This document shows, piece after piece, positions 50,555 to 60,595 of a stretch of 64,000 nt of DNA. The notes below the pieces were generated by a model. It searched no databases. It was given only the letters and a program-made list of their open reading frames with translations, and was not told the origin of the DNA. The stretch is from Turneriella sp. (GTDB lineage: Bacteria; Spirochaetota; Leptospiria; Turneriellales; Turneriellaceae), in assembly GCA_965279515.1 (NCBI GenBank), contig CBDIID010000003.1:4192001-4256000 (forward strand), written 5' to 3'. Numbering within the stretch: the stretch's first letter is position 1; each line of letters begins with the position of its first letter. The position numbers were made by a program, and so were the translations under genes.

Positions 50555-51631
50555 ATGCTGCACAAATCCGGGTTCGTTTTCTTTATTCTGATCCAGGTGT
50601 CTTGTGCCCAATCGTGGGGAAAATTTTGGGAACTCCATGATAGCGGCAGTACCGCCGTTTACCGCCTCATTGCGGATACGGGGCAAACGTTCTGCGCCAG
50701 CGGCGCGATCGGCGAAAGCGCCATGATGTCTTGTAACGGATTGCCCATCAGCGGGCAGGATGGCCATTTCGTGAATATTCCGAATGCGCGTTCGTTTTCC
50801 GGCCCAACGGCTTTTGGCGGAACGACGCAGCGCACGACGCGGGACAATCTGACGGGTCTTACCTGGAAGACCTGTGCCGAGGGTTACAGCGATCCGGGCT
50901 GCACCGCAGGACCTGCGAGTACATCGGATTGGCATAATGCACCGAATTTCTGCGCTGCGCTCAACGTGGCTAACTATGGGGGAATCAATACCTGGCGGTT
51001 ACCGAGCATCGAAGAGTTTCAGACGATTATGTATTATGGCGGCACCGCCCCGTTTATCGAGACAGCTTATTTTACGGCGGCGGATACCGGGGTGTACTGG
51101 GCTTCTAATACGAGCGCGGCGAATTCGAATAACGCCTGGATTGCCAGTTTTAATTTTGGCTGGGCCGACACGCAGCCCAAAGCGACGGCGTCGGGTAGAA
51201 CTCGCTGCGTTTCGGGTGCAGGATTGAAAACCGCGGCCTACCGCGATAATAACGATGGCACCGTAAGCGATTTGAGTACGCGGCTGCGCTGGCAAAAATG
51301 CAATGCGGGGTTTGATGCGCTGAGTTGTACGGGCACGGTTTCGAATCTCACGTGGCAGGCCGCTTTAACGTATTGCCAGGGCCTTTCTCTTGCGGCGCGC
51401 TCCTGGCGGTTACCCAATGTGAACGAGCTAGCCAATCTTGTGGATTATTCCATGGCGAGCCCCGCCATTAATTCGACATATTTTCCCAATACGGAGCTCA
51501 ATCTGCATTGGGCATCGACCAGCGATACAGGCACAACAAATGCCGTGAACGTTAGCTTCAGCCTGGGTTTTATGGGTAGTGGCGTGAAAAGCGGAACGAC
51601 GATGCCGATACGCTGTGTGGCGACAGAATAA
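50555..51631 (+). CDS. Lipoprotein with tandem DUF1566 domains
   Basis: IQVSC lipobox-like; two repeats of D(N)xTGLxW..C, WRLP..EL/EF, WAS and RCV. Confidence 0.88.
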   Translation: MLHKSGFVFFILIQVSCAQSWGKFWELHDSGSTAVYRLIADTGQTFCASGAIGESAMMSCNGLPISGQDGHFVNIPNARSFSGPTAFGGTTQRTTRDNLTGLTWKTCAEGYSDPGCTAGPASTSDWHNAPNFCAALNVANYGGINTWRLPSIEEFQTIMYYGGTAPFIETAYFTAADTGVYWASNTSAANSNNAWIASFNFGWADTQPKATASGRTRCVSGAGLKTAAYRDNNDGTVSDLSTRLRWQKCNAGFDALSCTGTVSNLTWQAALTYCQGLSLAARSWRLPNVNELANLVDYSMASPAINSTYFPNTELNLHWASTSDTGTTNAVNVSFSLGFMGSGVKSGTTMPIRCVATE

Positions 51632-51655
51632 AGAACGACCGCCCAAGCCCACTCT

Positions 51656-53029
51656 GTGAAAAGGCGGGTCGTGAAGCCTTATAAACCATCGTTCTTTGAC
51701 CGGCCGGTCTTCGGACTCATTGTCGGCGCCTCTTCGTTGCTTTCGTTGCTGCTGGTCGCATACTTCATCGATTTTGTTCCCGGTCTAAAGGGCCTCGATA
51801 TCCGGATTTTCTCCGGTGTAAAACCCGGCGGCTACAACGCCACGGTTGAGAAGCTGAGCGCGATCGCCGCGAAAAAGAAGGGGGTCATCCGCAACGTGCC
51901 GACGAATGGATCGCTCGAGAATTTAGAACAGCTCGCCGACGCGCCCGACAAAAACGCCTTCGCGCTGGCGCAGACGGGCCTCAAAATTCCCGAGGGTTTT
52001 GAACTCGTCGCCCGCCTGTCGAAATCGGAAACTGTTTTCTTTTTCGGCCGCAACGCCTTTAGAATTAAAAATTTCTCGGATCTGAAGGGCAAGCGTATCG
52101 GCATCGGCCCAGAGGGCAGCGGCGCGGCGCATTTTGCCCGCACGCTCTACGAAAAAATGCATATGGCGTCGCTCGACGTGAAGCTGTCGAACCACACGCC
52201 CGAAGAACAGATGAAGCTGCTCAAGGCGGGCGTTCTCGATCTTGCGGTGTTGGTTTTTGCCGACAATGCCGAGATTGTTGAGAATGCGGTACTTAAAGAG
52301 GGAATGGAATTTGCGACTTTCCGGCAGGCGGAAAGCATTGCGAAAAAGCTGCATTTTTTGCGCACGGCGTATATCCGCGAGGGATATTATGATCCGATCA
52401 AGAATATTCCCGACGCCGATAAGCAGGTATTGAAGCTCGACACGATGGTGCTGTGTAAAAAGGGCACGCGCCGCTCGCAGATTGTGGGGCTGCTCAGCAC
52501 GATCCAGGAACTCGAGCCCGATCTTATTACCTTCAACAATACGATTCCCAACCTTACGGGTGTGGCGTATGCATCGGCCTCACGGGATTATTTTGCGAAC
52601 CAGGGCCCGGAGATTTTCGACCAGTTCGCGCCGCGGCTGATGGATTTTATGCCACTGGGCAATCTCGTGCAGATTCTCATGGCAATCAGCGTGTTCTTTA
52701 ATCTCATGAATGTGGCGAACCGGTTTTTTCTGTGGCGCGTCGACGCGAACCGTGTCGATATCGAGACTGAACTCCGGAGTTTTTTCGGACGGCCGGTTAC
52801 CGCAGAGGAGATTGCGCTCGAGCAAATGGAAACGCGGCATGCGAATGAGGAGTCGCGCGTCATTCTCGACGCCCTGATCGACCGCCTGACGCGCCTGGGA
52901 GAGAAGTGCCGCAAGAATTCGCTGTCACTCCTGGTACCCATGGGTAAAGAGCAGGCTTACCGCTACCAGGAAGAGATCATTAATCGCTTTCTGTCGGCGA
53001 TGAAGGCATACCGCGCACGCATGGGATAA
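51656..53029 (+). CDS. TAXI family TRAP solute-binding protein with membrane anchors
   Basis: TNGSLENL and DLKGKRIGIGPEGSG; N-terminal and C-terminal TM segments. Confidence 0.82.
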   Translation: MKRRVVKPYKPSFFDRPVFGLIVGASSLLSLLLVAYFIDFVPGLKGLDIRIFSGVKPGGYNATVEKLSAIAAKKKGVIRNVPTNGSLENLEQLADAPDKNAFALAQTGLKIPEGFELVARLSKSETVFFFGRNAFRIKNFSDLKGKRIGIGPEGSGAAHFARTLYEKMHMASLDVKLSNHTPEEQMKLLKAGVLDLAVLVFADNAEIVENAVLKEGMEFATFRQAESIAKKLHFLRTAYIREGYYDPIKNIPDADKQVLKLDTMVLCKKGTRRSQIVGLLSTIQELEPDLITFNNTIPNLTGVAYASASRDYFANQGPEIFDQFAPRLMDFMPLGNLVQILMAISVFFNLMNVANRFFLWRVDANRVDIETELRSFFGRPVTAEEIALEQMETRHANEESRVILDALIDRLTRLGEKCRKNSLSLLVPMGKEQAYRYQEEIINRFLSAMKAYRARMG

Positions 53030-53032
53030 GGC

Positions 53033-53389
53033 TTGGAAAATCATCTAAACTGGCGGTTCAGCCCCTTCGGTATTAACGGAAAATTTCTGGGAAAGGTCGT
53101 GTCGGCTGATGGAACCGATGACGCCACTTTCGGCGAAAATGATGTGGCGGAAATTATCCAGACGGCGGAAACGGGCAATCAGTTCGACGGCATGGTGGTC
53201 GTCGTGATGCGCCTCAGCGACGGGCGCGTGGCGGCTTTCGATACTACTTATGCCAGTTATGCGGGTAATGATTTTACTGACGGGAACGGCGTGGTTTTCG
53301 TGAGGCAATCGCTGGAGGCCCTGGTGGGCCGGCTGTCAGTATACGGGCAGAGACTTCTGGGTGAAAAAATGCGAAAGCTTAAAGCCTAG
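53033..53389 (+). CDS. Hypothetical protein
   Basis: 118 aa ORF filling the gap, TTG start. Confidence 0.55.
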   Translation: MENHLNWRFSPFGINGKFLGKVVSADGTDDATFGENDVAEIIQTAETGNQFDGMVVVVMRLSDGRVAAFDTTYASYAGNDFTDGNGVVFVRQSLEALVGRLSVYGQRLLGEKMRKLKA

Positions 53390-53409
53390 GCGACATTGAG
53401 AGGCGCTAT

Positions 53410-53976
53410 ATGAGAAAGTTAATTGCAGCAATCAATATGACGATCGACGGTTTTTGTGATCATACCTCAGGTATTCCCGACGAAGAAATACATCAGCATT
53501 ACGCGGACCTGTTGAGAAATGCGGGTGTCGCTTTATATGGCAGGATAACCTACCAGCTTATGGAATATTGGCGAACCGTGCTGGGAAATCCCACAGGTGA
53601 TAAAGCAACCGACGACTTTGCAGTCGCCATAGACAATACCCCGAAGATAGTTTTTTCCCGCACCCTGCGAAGTGTAGATTGGAAAAGTGCGAAATTAGCA
53701 ACTCAAGACCTTGAGAAAGAAGTTCTGGAACTCAAACAACAATCGGGTAAAGACGTTTTTGCGTGCAGCCCGAGCCTGATTGTCGCTTTGACGAAGCTTA
53801 ATCTAATAGACGAATATCAACTTTGTGTTCACCCGGTTATCGCCGGAAGTGGTTTGCCGCTATTTAAAAACATCAGCGAAAAAATTACGCTTAAACTCAC
53901 AAAGACCAAAACGTTTAGCGGTGGTGCAGTTATTCTTTATTATGAACCGGGAAACGCAAGAACAACGCATAGCTAA
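53410..53976 (+). CDS. Dihydrofolate reductase / RibD C-terminal family protein
   Basis: MRKLIAAINMTIDGF, LYGRITYQ, KIVFSRTL and LIDEYQLCVHPVIAGSGLPLF; AT-rich. Confidence 0.92.
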   Translation: MRKLIAAINMTIDGFCDHTSGIPDEEIHQHYADLLRNAGVALYGRITYQLMEYWRTVLGNPTGDKATDDFAVAIDNTPKIVFSRTLRSVDWKSAKLATQDLEKEVLELKQQSGKDVFACSPSLIVALTKLNLIDEYQLCVHPVIAGSGLPLFKNISEKITLKLTKTKTFSGGAVILYYEPGNARTTHS

Positions 53977-54107
53977 TAGCTAACAGCGAATTGGAGTTTG
54001 TGCTCGTGCGTGGCCTCTGGTGGCCTGAGATGCTGATGCCCGGACTGTATTGAGTCGTCAGTATTGATGACGGCTCGACAATTTCAAACGCCCTCCGAAG
54101 ATGCCGT

Positions 54108-54794
54108 ATGCGTTATCTGAAAAGGGTGAAGAATGCAGCTACCTGTGCCTTACTGCTTGTCGCGCCAGGCCTGTTGGTCGCCGGCAGTAAGCCGACAGTC
54201 TTAGACTTGGCCAAACTGCAAAACCCGGCATTCTACAATGAACTCGAAGAATTGAAGAGGACGGGTAACCTGGAATTTACGGGCGCAGTGATTGATATCC
54301 CTAACGGCTATCTTTCCAATGTCTCCACCACTGGTGCCGGCCATATCGGGGAAACCTACGTCGTGTATTATCCGGATGGCCGCGGTGCCCTGCTCGCACA
54401 TACCAACTGGCATGAAGCGGGTACGCCGATTGAATTTTTCGAACACAAAGAGGGCAAGATGGTGAAAATCAAGTCATTGCTGCCTGACCTCACTTGCGCA
54501 TCGCTATCTTCTGCTGCGGCGCGTGATGCTGCCTATCGGCTGGTGAAGCAAAAAGATTGGCTGAAGAAGTTTCGCGTTTTCTACGATTTGCCACGGACGG
54601 GCACGACGATTTCGGCCTATTGCAGTCTCCAGGAAGATTTTCTTGTACTGCAAAGCATCTTGCAAGAGTCAAAAACCGATAGCGACAAATTTGACGCCGC
54701 CCTTAAGGACGGCGGACCTATCAACGGGCTTTTTTCCATTCGCGCGGAGTTTCGCTGGAACAAAAAGACAGGGACGTTCAGTCGCGTGAAATAG
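54108..54794 (+). CDS. Hypothetical exported protein
   Basis: 228 aa with a signal-peptide-like N-terminus. Confidence 0.7.
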   Translation: MRYLKRVKNAATCALLLVAPGLLVAGSKPTVLDLAKLQNPAFYNELEELKRTGNLEFTGAVIDIPNGYLSNVSTTGAGHIGETYVVYYPDGRGALLAHTNWHEAGTPIEFFEHKEGKMVKIKSLLPDLTCASLSSAAARDAAYRLVKQKDWLKKFRVFYDLPRTGTTISAYCSLQEDFLVLQSILQESKTDSDKFDAALKDGGPINGLFSIRAEFRWNKKTGTFSRVK

Positions 54795-54948
54795 GGGGTG
54801 GCTTAAGGTTAACGAGTTTTCCGTTGCTGTGCTGCTTATATGCAACGGTCTGGATGCTTTTGCCTAAAAAAACGATTGTAGAGGAAAATATTTGGCAACG
54901 AGTGCGTCGTATAAGCGTAAATTAAGGGAGCTTCGGGGAAAATAGCGA

Positions 54949-55326
54949 ATGTCAAATATTTTCTCAATGAAAGGCCGGATTGGTAGAATCGAATTTCTCA
55001 TGGGTCAGGCGTTAACGGCTGCTTGTATTCTTGGCAGCATTATACTCGAAATTCAGATGTCAGAATTAGGTTACGTGTGGGTGGCATTTCCTGCCTTTAC
55101 GTTCGTGTGTACGGCTTTATTTGCAAACCTCTGTTATACTCTCAAAAGAGTTCATGACTTGTATCCATCGGTTAATCCATGGCTGCTATTTATTCCAATA
55201 TACAATCTTAATATTTTTTTGATTCTTTTGGTCACTCCAGGTAAAAAAGGAATAAATCAATATGGCCTCAGTCCTTACGCCCTGAAACGGAAAGGCCACC
55301 TGAAGAAAACCCAGGATATTCCGTAG
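54949..55326 (+). CDS. DUF805 family membrane protein
   Basis: FSMKGRIGRIEF, KRVHD and PGKKGINQYG; very AT-rich. Confidence 0.88.
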   Translation: MSNIFSMKGRIGRIEFLMGQALTAACILGSIILEIQMSELGYVWVAFPAFTFVCTALFANLCYTLKRVHDLYPSVNPWLLFIPIYNLNIFLILLVTPGKKGINQYGLSPYALKRKGHLKKTQDIP

Positions 55327-55439
55327 CGTCGTAAACGGGATAGTTTACTCTTTTCAATGAGCCCCGGATCCTTTATTTTCAGATTAGAAGCGGCACCGCG
55401 CTAGGTACAAAAAATATCTGGTGTGCCCAGTGCTTTGCT

Positions 55440-55712
55440 TCAGGCTTTTACGATCGTCCAGATGCCGATAAAGACGAAGCCAACACCCGCGGCATAGTTT
55501 AAGTATTTGGTACTCACATATTTACCAACAAGAGCGCCGGCAAATACGCCGATCGCAGCTGCCACGACTAAAGCGGCTGCCGAGCCGAGAAATACATGCA
55601 TGTTGTTGACTTCTTTATCAGCCGCAAAGAGCATCGTTGCAAGCTGTGTTTTGTCGCCAATTTCAGCTAAGAAGACAGTGACGAATACGGTGGAGAAAGT
55701 TTTCCAGAACAT
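55440..55712 (-). CDS. TMEM165/GDT1 (UPF0016) single-domain transporter
   Basis: VFLAEIGDKTQLAT signature; 3 TM helices. Confidence 0.92.
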   Translation of the reverse strand: MFWKTFSTVFVTVFLAEIGDKTQLATMLFAADKEVNNMHVFLGSAAALVVAAAIGVFAGALVGKYVSTKYLNYAAGVGFVFIGIWTIVKA

Positions 55713-55859
55713 AAACCTTGCACGGAATGCCAAATTCATATCACGTAAACAGGATTTTGCTTGCTTACGGAAATACCTGCGACAGTGTATTCCCGCTCTT
55801 TTTTGTTGCCGACAGGAACCCGCAGGGGTGCGGTTGCCATGATGGTTTGAGGAGGTTCC

Positions 55860-57233
55860 ATGCGAAAAGTCATCGGTTTATTATTCACCCTGACATTGCT
55901 TGTGGCCAATTCCATTCTGCCTGAAAAAGGCACCCGCGCCAAGACGATGCATAACCAGACGCAGCGCAGCCCCAGAAGCTCACCCTCGCATGCATCTCCG
56001 TCCCGGCCATCCGCCAGCCCATCGAATTCGTCATCACGGCCGCAGGGGAGCGGCACAACCACGCGCACCAGTTATCCCGCGGGCTCGAGGGGGAATTCGG
56101 CTACGCAAGGCATGCCTGCTACCGATGGCTGCGCCGAATGCGACTACGACAGCATCGACGCCGAAGCCCGTAAGGAAAAAAAAGCTTTCGTGCGGAATAC
56201 TGTTTCTGTTAACTCCAGGGTCGCCTTCACCAGCTGGGATTTTAATTTTAGTCCCGCGATCCAATACCAGAGCGCATTTGTCCCTACCTATGAGCTGGAT
56301 CTGAACGTTCTGGGCTTTGAATTCTCTTACCTGACGACGCTTCCCGTGCAATCGTCCAATTTGTTCCGCGAGATTCCGGTGATCGAACAGAGGAGTCTCT
56401 CGCGCAGTCTGCTGTTTGAATCGCTGAGCCTGGCGGCATATCCGCTGATGTTCCTCGAAGATCCGCTGCTCAGAAACCTGTTCTCCGCCGAATTCAGAAA
56501 AACCACCAAGGCAACGACCATTCGGGCGAACCAGAAACTGTATTATTTTCCCGCAACAAGCTCTCCCGGACTCACGGAGCAGGATTCCGACCTGGGTACT
56601 ATCTTTTATGAAGAAAAAGCTGCCGGCAGCGAACTGTCTTATACCATTAAGGAACGTGACTGGCTTTTTACCGTCGGCTTCTATGCGCTGCGCGCCGGGT
56701 TCTTCGACCTCAGTTATTCCAAACCTTACCAGATGGACGCCGATATCTACCAGAATGATGTACTGATCGATAAGCGCGTTTACCTGTTCGAGGGCCAGGC
56801 CACGGGCCAGGGGTTCATGGTGGGTCTACAGAACCTTTATTTTCCGAACCTGGATAAGAGCCGCTTCTATTTCTCTTCGCCCGACCAGTTGGATGACGGG
56901 TTTTTCTGGGGCTTGAAAGAGCTGGGATTCTATTGGGGCTCGGGAAACATCCGTCTACAGAACAATATCGACCTCGTCGAAAAATACCGGGCCTTTTACC
57001 AGAATGAGAGCGGTCATGACCCCTCGGTATCTTTCGTGCGCCTGGTGTTTCACCCGGTCATCGGCTACAAGATCAGCCGGCACTTCAAGCTATTCATCGA
57101 ATACCGTTATGTGAACTATTCCCTGAGCCTGAGAGACAGCTATGAAGATGCCTCTTATAACTATTTCCTGAACCATGCGATCAACAAAGATACCGTTCAG
57201 CAATTGGCCATCAATCTCACGGTGGGTTTTTAG
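55860..57233 (+). CDS. Hypothetical outer-membrane beta-barrel-like protein
   Basis: SD GGAGG, signal peptide, Ser/Pro-rich linker, CAEC, aromatic-rich alternating strands and a C-terminal NLTVGF. Confidence 0.65.
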   Translation: MRKVIGLLFTLTLLVANSILPEKGTRAKTMHNQTQRSPRSSPSHASPSRPSASPSNSSSRPQGSGTTTRTSYPAGSRGNSATQGMPATDGCAECDYDSIDAEARKEKKAFVRNTVSVNSRVAFTSWDFNFSPAIQYQSAFVPTYELDLNVLGFEFSYLTTLPVQSSNLFREIPVIEQRSLSRSLLFESLSLAAYPLMFLEDPLLRNLFSAEFRKTTKATTIRANQKLYYFPATSSPGLTEQDSDLGTIFYEEKAAGSELSYTIKERDWLFTVGFYALRAGFFDLSYSKPYQMDADIYQNDVLIDKRVYLFEGQATGQGFMVGLQNLYFPNLDKSRFYFSSPDQLDDGFFWGLKELGFYWGSGNIRLQNNIDLVEKYRAFYQNESGHDPSVSFVRLVFHPVIGYKISRHFKLFIEYRYVNYSLSLRDSYEDASYNYFLNHAINKDTVQQLAINLTVGF

Positions 57234-57240
57234 AGTTGAC

Positions 57241-57255
57241 GTTCTATTTTTGTTC
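57241..57255 (+). promoter_or_regulatory. Candidate SOS (LexA-type) box GTTC-N7-GTTC
   Basis: GTTC TATTTTT GTTC between a TTGACG -35 (57236) and the radical SAM start. Confidence 0.45.
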
Positions 57256-57269
57256 TATATGTGTGGGCG

Positions 57270-58358
57270 ATGCCGCAAATCAACGAGTCGGAGATCCAGC
57301 GTGGCCGCGGCGCCGGTATTCAGCCTGCAGGGCGCTTCGCTAAAAGCCGCCGCGAAAATTTTGACGACGGCTGGGAGCAACCCGAAGAAGAGAGCCCGCT
57401 TCGAACGCAGATTTTTCCCGACGAAAGCAAATCCATATTTTCAAAAAATGAGTCTCCCGATATACCGTTCTCGGTCTCGATCAATGCCTACCGCGGCTGC
57501 GAGCACGGCTGCGTCTATTGTTTTGCCCGGCCGACGCATAATTATTTCGATCTCTCGTCAGGGTTTGATTTCGAGAGCAAGATTTTTGCGAAGTTCGAAG
57601 CCGCGCGCCTGTTAGAGAAAGAGTTTCGTAAACCAAAGTACATCCCACAGACAATTGCCATGTCGGGTGTGACAGATATTTACCAACCGGTCGAGCGCCG
57701 GCTGAAGATTACCCGCAGCCTGCTCGAAGTCTTTGAGGCGTATAATCACCCTGTCGCGCTCATCACCAAGAACCACCTGATTCGCCGCGACATCGATATT
57801 CTCGCACGCCTGGCGGAGAAAAATCTCGTGCGCGTGTACATGTCGATCACGAGCCTGAATGGCGATCTCGCGCGGCGTATGGAACCGCGGGCATCGACGC
57901 CCGGCGCACGGCTCGCCGCGCTCAAGGCCTTGAGTGATACCGGCGTCGAGACGGGGGTCATGCTCGCGCCGCAGATTCCCTTCGTGAATGACCATGAGAT
58001 CGAGGCGATACTCGAAGCCGCGGCTGAGGCGGGTGCGACATCCGCAGGATATATTACCCTGCGGTTGCCGTGGGATATCAAAGACCTTTTCCATGACTGG
58101 CTAAAGCGGCATTTTCCGGAACGTGAAGAGAAAGTTTTTGCGCAACTGAGAGCGATGCACGGCGGCGAAGAATATAAGGCCGAATTCTTCGACCGCATGC
58201 GGGGTACGGGTCACTATGCAGAAATGCTGGGGCAAAGATTTCACATTACAGCCAAAAGATTAGGATTAACCCGGGAGAAGAGCCCTATGACAACCATGCT
58301 GTTTGAACGGCCCACGGAAGCCCTGTTCGGCGACGAAACCCAGCTCCGCCTGTTTTGA
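57270..58358 (+). CDS. PA0069-family radical SAM protein (spore photoproduct lyase-like)
   Basis: SINAYRGCEHGCVYCFARP, TDIYQPVE and ITKN; ATG 57270 preferred. Confidence 0.93.
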   Translation: MPQINESEIQRGRGAGIQPAGRFAKSRRENFDDGWEQPEEESPLRTQIFPDESKSIFSKNESPDIPFSVSINAYRGCEHGCVYCFARPTHNYFDLSSGFDFESKIFAKFEAARLLEKEFRKPKYIPQTIAMSGVTDIYQPVERRLKITRSLLEVFEAYNHPVALITKNHLIRRDIDILARLAEKNLVRVYMSITSLNGDLARRMEPRASTPGARLAALKALSDTGVETGVMLAPQIPFVNDHEIEAILEAAAEAGATSAGYITLRLPWDIKDLFHDWLKRHFPEREEKVFAQLRAMHGGEEYKAEFFDRMRGTGHYAEMLGQRFHITAKRLGLTREKSPMTTMLFERPTEALFGDETQLRLF

Positions 58359-58410
58359 CGGCGTGTCTCCGAAATGCTCGACGCGCCCGGTTCGCTTTGC
58401 ATTTTTTCCC

Positions 58411-58881
58411 GTGATTCTTGTACACCTGCTTCTCGTTCTGGTTGTTCTTGTTGCCCTCATTCTCGAACTCATCACCCCGCTGCTGCTGAATATTCCCCTG
58501 ATTGCACTATGCCTTGCCATTCTGCTCTTTACTATCTGGCATTTCCGGCGGGTGCGCCGGCAGGGTAAGATTCCGTTTGTCGCTTCGATTGCCTTGGGCT
58601 TGCAGAGTATTCTCTTCATTATAAGCATCGCGATTCTCGCCGTGGTGACGATTCCGCACGAACGTCCTGAAGACTCGCCTGCGGTGGTGCAGGGCATACG
58701 GCGTTTTCTCGTTGCGCAGGGTTTAATCGAGAAACCCAAGACGATTGCGCCGCCGATTGTTTCTGTGGGCGGCGAGAAGCCCCCCGCCGAAACTGTGAAC
58801 GCGCCCGACGCCGCGAAGATCCAGATCAAAATCGACGGCGATGAACCCAAAAAAGAAGAAGAAAAGAAAACGAATCCGTGA
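58411..58881 (+). CDS. Hypothetical membrane protein
   Basis: 3 TM helices and a charged tail; GTGA overlap with the next gene; start uncertain. Confidence 0.7.
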   Translation: MILVHLLLVLVVLVALILELITPLLLNIPLIALCLAILLFTIWHFRRVRRQGKIPFVASIALGLQSILFIISIAILAVVTIPHERPEDSPAVVQGIRRFLVAQGLIEKPKTIAPPIVSVGGEKPPAETVNAPDAAKIQIKIDGDEPKKEEEKKTNP

Positions 58882-59252
58882 AGACTGCCCTTAAAATACT
58901 CCTCGTTGCCTATCTCGTTGTGCTGCTCGTGCTGGCCTTTCTGCCGCTCACGGGTTATTATGCCGGGCTCGGATCGCTTCCGGTGATCGGTTTCTATCTC
59001 TACCGGAAAATTATTCTCGAACGCAGCGCCGAAGGCGAGGTGCTGACACGGCCGGTTTTCCTTCTGGCCTGTGTGGTCTTTGTATTCGGTTTTGTGTTAA
59101 ATCTTTTCTGCACGCTCTACACGACATACAAGATGGCCGAGTTCCGCATGGGCATTGAAGAGCAGAAAAAGAAAATATATGGTGAACCTGGGGCCATGGA
59201 TGGCCAGGGTTCGCGCAGCACAGGAGGCGCCTCCGGGCGCGAAACCAAGTGA
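58878..59252 (+). CDS. Hypothetical membrane protein
   Basis: Hydrophobic 124 aa ORF with 4 nt overlaps on both sides. Confidence 0.7.
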   Translation: MKTALKILLVAYLVVLLVLAFLPLTGYYAGLGSLPVIGFYLYRKIILERSAEGEVLTRPVFLLACVVFVFGFVLNLFCTLYTTYKMAEFRMGIEEQKKKIYGEPGAMDGQGSRSTGGASGRETK

Positions 59253-60595
59253 AATTCGATTCCGCAACGCTGAAATTCTCCATTTCGGGACTCAGGGGTG
59301 TTTACCCCAACGACATCTCTCCCGATAAATGGGTCGAGTACGTGCGCGCCTTTGCGGCGACTGTACCCGCGGGCGGTATCGCGTTGGCGCGCGATGCCCG
59401 TGCGACGGGGCCTGCGCTGGTGAAAATCGCGGCCGGTGTGCTGACACTTTTGGGCCGCGAAGTGCATGATCTCGGTCTTGTGCCGACTCCGACCATTAAG
59501 GCTTATGTAAAAATCAAAAAACTGGCCGGTGGGCTGATGGTCAGTGCCTCGCACAACCCCGCCGAGTACAATGCGCTTAAATTCATCGGCAAAGAAGGCT
59601 TTTTTTTCGACGTAGCCGCTAACGAACGTTTCTCTTCGGCGCTCGATGCCTTGCCCGACTGGGGCGACTGGCGCAAGCAGGGTAAAATTATTGAGGCGCA
59701 TGCAGCGGCGATTGAGTTGCATACCGCGAGTATTCTTAAAGTAATAAAGAAACCCAGGCGCCGGCTGAAAGTCGTAATCGATCCTGTCGGATCGTGCGGC
59801 GGCGAGATTGCGGTGCATCTGCTGAAGAAACTGGGAGTCAAATACGAAGCGATCCATCTTGCCGAAGTCAATGAGTTCCCGCGCCCACCCGAGCCGACCG
59901 CCGACGCGCTGGGTAAGCTCGCAGCGGCCGTCAAAAAACATAAAGCCGATGTCGGTTTTGCTTTCGATCCCGATGCAGACCGCCTTTCCCTGGTAGACGA
60001 AAAAGGCCGTGCGATCGGCGAAGAGTATACCTTACCTTTGGCTATCCTGTCAGCGGCAAAGCCGGGCGGCATGATCGTCGCTAACCTTTCTACCTCGATG
60101 CTGACGGAGAGCGCTGCGCAGTTAAAGAAATGCAGGTTCATCCGCTCGATGGTCGGTGAGGCCAATGTCGTTGCCGAAATGTTGCGCCGCAAATCCGTTC
60201 TGGGTGGCGAAGGCAATGGTGGTGTCATTGATGCGCGTGTGCCGTCGTTCGGCCGCGACGCGCTCGCTGGTATGGCGCACGTGATAGCCCTCGTTGCTTC
60301 GGGCAAAAAGCCGCTTTCTGCGTGGGTTGCTACGCTGCCGCGCTTTACCATGGTGAAGCAGGTGCGTAAAGGTGTGAGCGCCGAGGGTATTGCGGCGGCG
60401 GCCGACCAGGCGAAGAAGCTCATCACCGGTGCCATCGTCGATATGCGCGACGGCGTGCATGTCAGCGGCAAACTTGCCGGCTCCCCCGTCTGGATTCACC
60501 TGCGTTCGTCGAATACCGAACCCGTTGTACGTCTCATCGCCGAAGCCGATTCTGAAAAAAATCTACAGTTGCTCCTCGATGGAGTTCACCTATGA
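59249..60595 (+). CDS. Alpha-D-phosphohexomutase (phosphoglucosamine mutase / phosphomannomutase family)
   Basis: SASHNP, FDPDADR, GGEGNGG and RSSNTEP. Confidence 0.93.
   Translation: MKFDSATLKFSISGLRGVYPNDISPDKWVEYVRAFAATVPAGGIALARDARATGPALVKIAAGVLTLLGREVHDLGLVPTPTIKAYVKIKKLAGGLMVSASHNPAEYNALKFIGKEGFFFDVAANERFSSALDALPDWGDWRKQGKIIEAHAAAIELHTASILKVIKKPRRRLKVVIDPVGSCGGEIAVHLLKKLGVKYEAIHLAEVNEFPRPPEPTADALGKLAAAVKKHKADVGFAFDPDADRLSLVDEKGRAIGEEYTLPLAILSAAKPGGMIVANLSTSMLTESAAQLKKCRFIRSMVGEANVVAEMLRRKSVLGGEGNGGVIDARVPSFGRDALAGMAHVIALVASGKKPLSAWVATLPRFTMVKQVRKGVSAEGIAAAADQAKKLITGAIVDMRDGVHVSGKLAGSPVWIHLRSSNTEPVVRLIAEADSEKNLQLLLDGVHL

Noticed and set aside
55713..55859. yybP-ykoY Mn riboswitch expected upstream of the UPF0016 transporter
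   Set aside because: The conserved GGGGAGUAG and GAGACC elements were not found on the minus strand.
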